From Ptychomitrium polyphyllum (lineage: Eukaryota): DNA of 64,000 bases. The notes beneath the pieces are model-generated. The model was not told the DNA's origin, searched no databases, and saw only the letters and a program-made list of their open reading frames with translations. Each line of letters starts with the position of its first letter. Positions within the stretch are counted from its first letter, which is position 1. Positions 1 through 9,947 of the stretch are shown in pieces. The DNA is taken from contig OZ316776.1 of assembly GCA_973851085.1 (NCBI GenBank), positions 14,756,001 through 14,820,000 on the forward strand, read 5' to 3'. Position numbers and translations under genes: made by a program.

Positions 1-223
1 TGAAATGTGCCATCTTAGTAAACCAATCCACCACTACCAAAATATAATCTTTGGAATTGAAGTATGGAAGGTCTGTGATAAAATCCATTGACAATGACAA
101 CCATGCATCTTTTGGTACTAGAAGTGGATAGAGGAGGCTCTGAAGTTGGTGTCATGGAACCTTACTCTTGCCCAAATGTTGCATGATCAAATAAAGTCCT
201 TCACGTATTTCAACATTTGTGGC

Positions 224-594
224 TTTTAAGGACAATATAACTACAAGACAAGGTTTCATGATTCCAAGATGTGGATCAAGATATAATCAAGGTATATTAG
301 AGGTAATGAGCTCTGATAAGGTATAAAGACAAGGCCAAAAGGTTTGAGTTAGACCATAAAAGATGCTCTATTGAGTTTGAAGATCCCTTCATCTTTGACT
401 TCTATATATATTAAAACTACAAGCTTTGGAAGCTTCTTGGAAAGCTTCTTGGAAAGAGTCTACTACATTGCTTCATACTCAAGCAACCTTGAGTTGTATC
501 CTTGGAAGCTTCCTTAGTAGAAGTAACTTCCTTGGAAGTTTTCTAAATCTTCTAAGAACCTTGTTAGATGCTTCTATTATATATGTCCATAACA
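224..594 (-). repeat. 3' LTR of family-C element
   Basis: Aligns by eye with ~17045-17398; ends ...gtccataaca directly beside the PPT complement tcacctcccctttt (595-608). Confidence 0.85.
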
Positions 595-646
595 TCACCT
601 CCCCTTTTAGCTTCAAGGTCTCCAAGGAGCATATTACAATAAGTGG

Positions 647-880
647 TCAGAATCGTAAAAAGTCAAAAATTTGTCACATGGTATCTACAACATATATTAA
701 TTGCCTTTCTTGATTCAAATGATTCATAGGTCCTTGTAACCACCGATAGTATTCAACGCCTTCTATTTGGGATTAAGCATGTACTTTAGTATCTATGTTG
801 TGAAAGAGTCCTTCAAAAACAGCTTCTGGATAACTTTTGTAAGCTGGCTCCACTTCAATGACAATCACCAACAATTTATT
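647..880 (-). pseudogene. Remnant of extra 3' ORF (ORF3) of the family-C element
   Basis: Manual translation NKLLVIVIEVEPAYKSYPEAVFEGLFHNIDTKVHA*SQIEGVEYYRWLQGPMNHLNQERQLIYVVDTM*QIFDFLRF* aligns with the C-terminus of ORF 5875-6333; the 5' extent is uncertain. Confidence 0.75.
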
Positions 881-1269
881 GTTGGATATCCTTTAATGTC
901 TTCTTGATCCTAACTGTTCTTTACAAAGTCGTCAACAAGAGCCACTTGATTGGATTGACACCACTGGCATGGTATATGCATCTTGACTATTCATGTTTAA
1001 TATATCGAGGTACTCTCAAAAAGCTATAACAAACTTCAAAATTCAAATGACTAATTTCTAAATCATGTTTGGAGCTTTGGAAACTTATGATCTAAGAATT
1101 GTTTTTTCTCCTACTTAAAAGCCTAAGTATCAAGAGCCTTCAAGATTTTGCAACCCTATTGAGCGATTGTTCCATGTGCTGCCACTTTTGGTTAAGATGG
1201 ATGTTATTGTTGAAACTCACAAATTTTTACTAATGAATTGGCAAGATTATCAGCTGGCTTCCACGTATG

Positions 1270-1764
1270 TTCACTGATGTTATCCGCGCCAATTGACCAA
1301 ATACTTCAGCTTTCCACGTCTTATCTATGAGTCAAGCACTTCTTCTACTTTAAATTCATTATAATTGTTGATTTTAACTACAAGTAGTGATAGTTTCCTT
1401 TATCTAAAGATACTTGATTCCTTATAAGTTTCTAAAAATGAACCGTGTAAGACAGGATGCGCCTTCATTGATGTTGGTAGTTCCAAACAATATACCATGT
1501 GGTTGACTTGTTTCATTTATTGCAAATGGTCCCAAACTGCAATACTTTAGCTTGCCACATAGCCAACTAATCCTTATATTGTGTAAAAGGAGCCACACCT
1601 TTTGACCAACTTGAAATGGAAATTGGTCCTTCCTTGAGGCATCTGCTGCCGTTTTATATTGTTCTTGATCTATTTCTAGTTGAGTCTTCATGGTTGTTTA
1701 AAGCTCTGCCATCTTTGTGGTAATTTACTCTACTTTTGGATGCTCATATTGTACAGGCTGTAAC
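1270..1764 (-). pseudogene. Integrase C-terminal (GPF/Y) and chromodomain remnant, family C
   Basis: ORF 1422-1691 (FQVGQKVWL...LGPFAI) matches the gypsy integrase C-terminus; a decayed 'EFKVEEVLDS' chromodomain start follows. Confidence 0.75.
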
Positions 1765-2835
1765 TGTTACAGACATAGATCATACAACAAAGTCCTTAAA
1801 ACTTCATAGATCCTTCTAGTACAGCATAATAACTTCTTAGAATACTTTTAAATGTCTCCATAGCCTTTCCATGTTTATAGGAAACTTCCTAAGAAAGTTC
1901 CTCCACTTTAAGAAATTTACTAGGAAGGTTTCATCATCTTGAAAAACTCCTAGAAAAGCTCTACCACCTCAAGAAACTCCCTAGTAAGATTCTACCTCTT
2001 AAAGAAACTTCCTAAGAAAGTTCCCCTATTTTAGAAAACTTCCAGGGAAGCTTCCAAATCCCTAAAAGCTTCTAAAAAAGGTTCCAACATCTAAGGAAAT
2101 TTCTTGGGAAGCTTCCCTTGGACTTCCAAAATATACTTAAGCCTTATAAGAAGCTTCTTTACATGTATCCTAGCAGATACAAATGTCATAAAATAAATAG
2201 GAGGCAAGACAAAGTATTCTTTAGTCTTGCCAACACAAGTGGTGGATCATCTTGAATCTTGCCTTGTTTGAGTCTTTGTATCAAATTCTTGTTAATCATG
2301 AGCTCCTTGGAATCTAATTCTTGAGTGACACTTTGTTTCTGCTTCTTGTTTCTTGTGTTCCCAACTCTTTGGCAAGACTGCTCTTCATCGTTGTCAAAGC
2401 TAAGGTTCTTTGAATGAGATTGTGGATTACTCATCTTTTCTAGGATTCAATAGCGTCTTCGAGGTTGCGGATTACCCTCTTCTAAATTGGCACCATAGAG
2501 TTGGTTTCTCCATCTAGAATTAGGTACTACTTTTTCAAAGGACGTGGATTATCCTCCTTTGAAGGTATTCATAGTCTTCTTAGCATTAACATTCTTAAGA
2601 AATGGATAACAAGCCTGGAATGTTATAGAATAGTTTTGCAACTATTGCAGACCTTCAAGAGTTTTTAAACACAATTCAAACACAACTTGCCCGCGTCTAG
2701 ACCACCAACAATGTGGAGCAACATACTTGGAAAGCTGAAGAATCCAATGGTGATATTCAAAGCCTATATCAAGAGATTGTTTGATTGCAAGAGGCCAATA
2801 TTGAAAGAGAAGGCTTCCGCCGAACCCATGCAGAG
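1765..2835 (+). mobile_element. Family-A 5' fragment: LTR 1765-~2366, PBS 2369-2379, 5' leader, truncated gag from 2602
   Basis: Starts TGTTACAGACATAGATCA like the LTR at 13003, has the same U3 repeats, and the gag start parallels 4330 onward. Confidence 0.85.
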
Positions 2836-3980
2836 TGTCGCGCACCTCGCCTTGAGGAGTGCCCGCAACACTAAGGGCACAAGGGGGACCCCGAAGTGAC
2901 GTCTGGAACTTGTGGCGCCAATAGTGAGGAGAACCGAGTGGGCCTAACATGGGAAGGACCCCTAGGGGGAGAAACATCCTTGCCCATGTACACCGAGGGC
3001 CACAAGGGAAAAATCATGGGCATTAAAGGAATCATGAAGAGCTGATTCTAGAATGCTAAGGATTGCCCAAATCGGACATGGGAGCTAAAAGTTATGGCAC
3101 CCCAAAGTTGGGGTTGCCAAGGGGCTGTTCTGGAGTGTGGCAGCCCTACACAGTGACTGTGCTGGAGTGGAACAGTCCAGGGAGGGACTCCCCGGGAGTC
3201 CCGAACCTTGGGAGAGGCGTATCTCCCATAATACTCATCCAAATTGGACGTTTGAGGAGTCTATCGGCATCTACGCAAAGAGTAGATGACGATAGAGTGG
3301 TCGCTCAATACATTTGGGCACCAAATGAGGAAGATATGGCGCCCTGAAGGTCCGCTGGGAGTCCCGGAGGCTTCTAGCGGCTAAGTCCCAAGGGGGATCG
3401 GGTGGTCTTCCAAAACTCTAGGTGTGTCGGGGTTCAGCTAGTTCCAGAGGGCCAGGGGGCCTGCCGAATCCCACAAAGAGTACTATAAGGGAGGGCTGGT
3501 TCCCTTCTCCACTCTCCTAATGTCCCAGTAGAGACCAAGGGTGAGTCCCGGTTGGTGGAGCTAGTGTTGGGGCTTCACCACGAAGACTCCCACACCATTG
3601 TGAGCCGGTGGATGGCCGATTTCACAAAGGGAACTAGCACGTTTAAAAGGGTACGCTTGTTACCACTAAATTAGGGTGGTATCTTCACGCCGGCACCATG
3701 ATGGCCCGAGGTGATCTTAGGATCACTTGGGTATCATGAGTGGTGATGAGGAGACACCACTAAGTGCGGTTAGGCCGTGTGGAATGGGAATAACACCAAG
3801 TGAGGCCTTGGACATGAATGGAAGTCCGCACCTAACCATTGGCTATTAAGAAATTGGGTGTCCTAAGAGAAATGGTAGAAGGACTTGGAAAGTAAGAATG
3901 GGGGTTAACCATGTGCATGTGGGGGTGTATAGGGTTGACGCCCGTGACGCTTGCTAAGGTGCATTGCAAAGGTTGCAATA
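2836..3980 (+). mobile_element. GC-rich family-B LTR, recombinant solo LTR (no matching TSD)
   Basis: Starts TGTCGCGCAC; reverse-complement homolog of 19260-20404. Flanks are CAGAG / GTATT. Confidence 0.85.
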
Positions 3981-5248
3981 GTATTCTTAGTTTGGCCAAT
4001 AGAAATTGTGGATCATCTTGAATCTTGTCTTGTTCTAGTCTTTAAATCAAGTTCTTGTTAATCATTAGCTCTTTGGAAGCTAATTCTTGGAAAACACTTC
4101 GTTTCCGCTTCTTTTTTCTTGTGTCCCTAAGGTTCTTTGAAGAAGATTGTGGATTACCCATCTTCTTTAGGATTCCATAGCGTCTTAGAGGTTGCGGATT
4201 ACCCTCCTCTAAGCTGGCACCATACAATTGATTTTTCCTTCTAGAACCAAGTATTGCTTCTTTTAAAGGACGTGGATTTTCCCCCTTTGAAGATACTCAT
4301 AAACTTCTTGTCTTTGCCAATCTTAACAAATGGATAACGTGCCTAGAACATCAGAGAATTGGTTTGCAACTATTGGAGACTTCCAAGAGTTATTAAACAC
4401 AGTTTGAACGGAACTCGCTCGTTTTAATACCACCAACAATTTGGAGCAACATACTTAGCAAGCTGAAGAATCCAATGGTGATACTTAAAGCGTATATCAA
4501 GAGGTTGTTCGATTGCAAGAAGCCAATATTGGAAGGGAAGGCTTACGTCGAACCCATGCAGAGCCGAAGATTAGCATGCCAGACAAGTTCAATGGATCAA
4601 GATCAAAGTTGAGAGGCTCCGTTCAACAAGTAAGACTCTTCCTTAGTTTGCATCAATCTCGCTATCCTGATGGCACAACTCAAGTGGGAATTGTGGCCAC
4701 TCTTTTATCAAACAATGCGCTATCGTGGTTTGCACCACTAATGGAGAAGCAGTCACCATTATTGAACAACTTAGATGCTTTCATAGAAGCATTGACATTT
4801 ACTTTTGGAGACACCGACCGAGAGAGGGTGGCTGAAACAAGGATCCAGAGTCTCCAACAAGGACAACGCTCAGCTGCTACATATGCTGCAGAGTTTCAAC
4901 AATTAGCTTGCAACCTTGATTGGAATGATAAGGCCTTGGTAACACGATTCCGGTAGAGCTTAAGAGAGAATGTGAAGGATTTGCTACTCACAATGCCAAG
5001 AGTTGAAACATTGAACGAATTCATCACTCAAGCGATAGCATATGACAATAGACTATTTGAGAGGCGCCAAGAACAACGCTTGGATTGGCGACCAGTACAT
5101 CAAAGCATGGCTACCACTTCTTCAAGAGTATCAGAAAGATGACTACAAGGACCAAAACCTATGCAAAATTGATGCTGCTTAGTTTAGACGTTTGACTCCA
5201 AGAAAAGAAGAAAGGCGTCAAAGAGAAAACCTCTGTTTGTAATGTGGC
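3981..5248 (+). mobile_element. Family-A fragment: 3' part of LTR (PBS deleted), leader and pseudogenised gag (4330-5248)
   Basis: ORF 4513-4956 is a Ty3 retrotransposon gag/capsid (PDKFNGSR...QGQRSAATYAAEF); it continues past stops to the start of the CCHC knuckle, where an LTR interrupts it. Confidence 0.85.
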
Positions 5249-5819
5249 TGTTAGGGACACAAGAAACAAGAAGCAGAAACGAACTGTTTCCCAAGAATTA
5301 GCTTCCAAAGAGCTAATGATTAACAAGATGTTGATACAAAGACTTGAACAAGGTAGGATTCAAGATGATCCACAACTTGTGTTGGCAAGACTAAGACATA
5401 CCTTGTCTTGCATCCTATTTATACTAGGACGTTTGTATCTCCTATGATACTTCTAAAGAAACTTCCTACGAGGCTTAAGAATGTTCTGGAAGTCTAAGGA
5501 ACCTTTCCAAGAAGTTTCCTAAGATATTGGTACCTTCCTAAGTAGCTTCCAAGGAAATGGAACCTTCTTTGGAAGCTTCCAAGGAGTTGGAACCTTCCTT
5601 GGAAGTTCCCTAAGGTAGCGGAACCTTCTTAGGAAGTTTCCTGAAGAGGTAGAACCTTCTTAGGAAGTTTTCTAAGGTGGAGGAACTTTCCTGGGAAGCT
5701 TCCTAAAAACATAAAAAAGACTATGGAGACATCTAAAAGTATTCTAAGAAACTATTCTAGTATACTAGAAGGTTCTAGAATGTTCTAAGGACTATGTTGC
5801 ATAATTTATGTCCATGACA
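5249..5819 (-). repeat. Family-A 3' LTR (PPT complement at 5820-5833)
   Basis: TGT...ACA termini, ~30-bp U3 repeats, adjacent tcacctcccctttt. Confidence 0.9.
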
Positions 5820-5874
5820 TCACCTCCCCTTTTAGCGACGAGTCCCATGAGGAGTTGTTTTCTTGGCTTGCTTG

Positions 5875-6333
5875 TCACATTTCTACAAATTCCAAAATTT
5901 GTCGAAGGAGTGAAGTAACATACTCTGCTCGTTGTTCTCTGTTCACTGGCTCAACTGGTCCTTGCAAAAAACGCCGATGGCCACCAGCCAAGACTTCTGT
6001 TGTTGAAATGTCCCATCCCAAGATCTGATTTTGATTAAGTCCTTCAAAACATCCTCCAAACAAGATTTCGGGTCCTCCAGGGGTGACTCTTCCAATTTCT
6101 AACAAGATGACTAGAGCGCGAGCATCTGAATCAAGACTGGAATGTAAAGGGCAACTAGTCAATACTTCTGCACGAGGTCGTACTGGACGTTGGAATGTCC
6201 CTCTCTTATCTTGACTTAGATCCTCCGTTACCGAGGGCTGAGAAAGTTGAGTTGGCTCAACAGATGCTTTTGTTGATGAAGGCATGTCCGACTGCTCTTC
6301 ACGCTTATCCATGATAACACAAAGATTTGACAT
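5875..6333 (-). CDS. Extra 3' ORF (ORF3) of family-A chromovirus, 152 aa, unknown function
   Basis: Open ATG-initiated ORF between the pol stop and the PPT; same frame and length in the second copy (12489-12947); protein homolog in family C (647-880). Confidence 0.65.
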   Translation of the reverse strand: MSNLCVIMDKREEQSDMPSSTKASVEPTQLSQPSVTEDLSQDKRGTFQRPVRPRAEVLTSCPLHSSLDSDARALVILLEIGRVTPGGPEILFGGCFEGLNQNQILGWDISTTEVLAGGHRRFLQGPVEPVNREQRAEYVTSLLRQILEFVEM

Positions 6334-6473
6334 ACTGGCTAGGATCTAGAAACGATCTATCTTGGAAATAACGCTGCATACAATTGGAGGTCTGGATATC
6401 TCTCCTCCCTTCTTATACTTGTCTATGAAGGAAAAACTTCTCTGTGAAGCCAACGGCTGCTGATGACACATCA

Positions 6474-9400
6474 TCACTGACCTGGTTTCTGAGAATATCT
6501 TTGATGAAATTCGTATACCTTCTCAGATGCGTTTATTACATTCGTTGAAGGCTCCCATGTTTGGTCATTGATGCCATATCCTTTCCAATGTATAAGGTAC
6601 TTCACACGTCCATTTTTGATGCGTGAATCTAAGATCTCTTCCACTTCATATTTAATTTCATTATTGATTTCCAGCGGAGGAGGCGGAGGAGCAATTTTCT
6701 CTGGTATACATGATTTGTTATAGGTTTCCAACAACGATACGTGGAATACTGGATGAATTTGCATGCTTGGTGGTAGCTTTAGGCGATAACTAATTGGATT
6801 CATTTATTTGCTGATTTCAAATGGTCCAAGCCTTTGATAGTCCAACTTCTTTGATGGTCTTTTTGTTTGTATATTTCGTCGTAGGAGCCATACGCTATCT
6901 CCAACCTTGAACTTTGGATGGTCCTTCCGATGGCGATCTGCATAAGTTTTATAACGATCTTGAGCTTGTTGTAACTGGAAGGTAATTTCTTGATGGATTT
7001 TAGCAAGTTGAATTGCAAAATCCTCTGCTGCGGGACTTCCAACATGCTTCACTTGAAATGGATCTGTTCGAGGATGATGGCCATAGTTTGCAAAGAATGG
7101 ACTTTGAGTTGTTGAAGAATGCACCGTATTGTTGTAAGCAAATTCTGCCAAAGGCAAGAGGTCCATCCAGTTGTCTTGCTGGTAGTTTATGCTACAACGA
7201 AGGTACTGCTCCAAAATTTGATTCACGCGTTCGGTTTGGCCATCAGTTTGTGGATGGTGTGCTGAAGAAAGATTGATCTTTACATGCAACAGCTGGAATA
7301 AAGCCGTCCAAAAGTTGGAAATGAACTGCGGCCCTCGATCAGATACAATATCATCTGGTAGTTCATGTATGCGGTAGACGTGATTTAGGAACAACTTGGC
7401 AGTTTCTTCTCCCGTTACCGTCTTATTGCATGGAATGAAATGTGCCATTTTTGTAAATCGATCCACCACTACCAAAATAGAATCCTTAGAATTGGAATTT
7501 GGAAGGTCCGTGATAAAATCCATTGATAAAGACAACCATGGGCCCCTTGGCACTAGAAGCGGATGGAGGAGACTTTGAGGTTGGTGCCTTGGTACCTTGG
7601 CTCTTGCACAAGTGTCGCATGATGGAATAAAGTCCTTTACGTACTTCCACATTTGTGGCCACCAATAGTCTCTAGCAATCAATTCCATTGTTTTATTGAA
7701 TCCAAAATGTCCTGCTGCTGGAAAATCATGACATCCTTGAAGGATCTTCAACCGCAAAGGGCTTGGAGGTAGGTACAAAAGTCCTTTATAATAAAGTAGG
7801 CCCTCTTGGAATTCAAAGTCCTCATCGCTATTTGAAGGATTTCTATTGTCTTTGAGGCGCTTCTTTATATTTGAAACAAAAACGTCATTCTTTGAAGCCT
7901 TCCGAATTTCGTCAAAATGGGATGTTGTCGTAATAATGGCTGCTTTCAATTGAAGATTCTCAGGCTTCAATAAAATAGTTCTTTGTTGATTCAAAACATC
8001 ATTTCCAAGTTGAGGAGCTAAATAAGATCTTCGAGATAAGGCATCTGGCTTACTTTGCAAGCTACCAGATCGATAGGTAATGACAAAGTCAAATCTGGAA
8101 AGCGACATACTCCACCTTGCTCGTTGATTCAAAACGCGCACACTCATGAAATACTCCAAGTTTTTGTGGTCTGTGTATATCGTGATGGTATGTTGAGCTC
8201 CTTCCAATAAGTGTCGCCATTCTTCGAACGCATCCACAACTGCAAGTAGTTCTTTATCATGTATATCATAGTTGATCTCTACCGCTGAGAACTTCCTTGA
8301 ACGAAAGGCAAGAAGGTGAAGTCTCCCGTCTTCATCATATTGTGAGAGTACTGAGTCAAGCGCAAAATCTGAGGCATCCGCTTCCAAATAAAAAGGCTTT
8401 GATGGATTTTGATGAATAAGAATTGGAGCCGACGTGAATGACTTCTTAAGACTTTGAAATGCTTTTTCCGCCTCTTCATTCCAAGTGAATTTTTGCTTCC
8501 CCGTAAGACGTGTTAATGGTGCTACAATCTCGGAATAATTCTTGATGAATATTCTATAGAAGTTTGCAAATCCCAAGAAGCATTGAACATCTCGAATTGA
8601 TCTTGGCGTACTCCACTCCGTGACAGTGCTTATTTTTTTCTTATCCATATGGATTCTTCCTTTGGAAATGATGTAGCCTAAAAATTCAACCGATGATTCA
8701 TGGAAAAGGCACTTCTCCAATTTGGCATATAATCCTTGCTGGCGTAGTTTTTCTAAGACCATTTGCACATGACATTCGTGGTCTTGTTCATCTTTTGAAT
8801 ATATCAAAATATCATCTAAGTAGATGACTACAAAATCATCCAGATATTCATGGAAGATATCATTCATCATATGTTGAAAGACTGCGGGAGCATTAGTAAG
8901 GCCAAAAGGCATGACATTGTATTCAAAATGACCATACCTAGATCGAAAAGTTGTCTTCCATTCGTCTCCTTCTTTGATGCGTACAAGATTGTAGGCTCCT
9001 CTAAGATCAATTTTGGTGAATATCTTTGCTTGGCCAAGTTGTTGTAGGAGTCCTAAGATTAATGGTAATGGATAGCAATTCTTTTTTGTTACTTTATTGA
9101 GGCCTCAATAGTCCACGCACATACGTAATGATCCATCTTTCTTCTTTACAAATAGAATGGGTGCTCCAGCTGGTGATTTAGAGTGTTGAATGAAACCCTT
9201 TCCAAGGTTTTCATCAATATATTCTCTCAAGGCAGCCAACTCGGTTTGTGATAAGTTATAAATAGGTCCAAAAGGTGGTTGGGCTCCTTCTTGCAACTCA
9301 ATGGTACAATCGTATGGCCGGTGCTTTGGTAACATGTCCGCATTCTTCTTCTCAAAAACGTCTTTATAATCTTGATATTGACGAGGTATGTTTTGATTAG

Positions 9401-9947
9401 TCTCTATTGTAGAGCTGGACATTCGCGTGGCATAAATGGCATAGATTGGTTCATCCTTCGCCGCTCTCATAAATGCCTTAGCTCCAATAAACGATGGTCC
9501 AAGATTTCTCGTACCTTGACGTCTTTTCCTTGAGACCACACTTCGTGAGCGCCAGTCAATGTCTGGATTATGTAATTTAAACCAAGGAAGGCCCAAAAAA
9601 ATAGGATTCGTTCGGCATTGAATGATGTTGAAGATAATCTTAAATGCCTGGTCTCCTAAAATAACCTCCAATGGTTGAGTTTCTTCAATAACGTTGCCAG
9701 ACGCAAGAGATCGTCCATCAATAATTTCAACAAGTGCGGGATATTTTTTCTTCACAAGCACCATGTGATGTTTGGTTGCAAAATCCTTGTCCATAAAACA
9801 TGCCGTTGCACCAGTGTCTAAGAGAGCCTCGCTAATTATTTCATCATCTAACAATTTAATTTTGATAGGAAATGTAAAACAAGAGGTAGGATTTGAAGGT
9901 AGTAAGAGACCTTGATTTGATGGTGGTTTCCTTGTGGTGTCCAATAC
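6474..9947 (-). pseudogene. pol: Chromovirus pol (protease-RT-RNaseH-integrase-chromodomain), one frame with two nonsense codons
   Basis: LLDTGA protease, YLDD RT, DAS RNaseH, HHCC and DDE-region integrase, [10 protein letters not shown]...WKGY chromodomain. Stops at 9105-9107 and 6804-6806 are in frame and consistent with C>T changes. Confidence 0.92.

Noticed and set aside
2186..2434. Recurrent antisense ORFs over the LTR/leader (also 4042-4227, 5244-5447)
   Set aside because: They recur only because the LTR DNA is repeated; starts and ends differ between copies.
5244..5248. GTGGC also flanks the LTR at 5249, the same pentamer as the family-C TSD
   Set aside because: No partner TSD in the window; one coincidence cannot establish target preference.
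5470..5705. Regularly spaced palindromic repeats resembling a CRISPR array
   Set aside because: Degenerate tandem units inside an LTR, no unique spacers, eukaryotic context, no cas genes.
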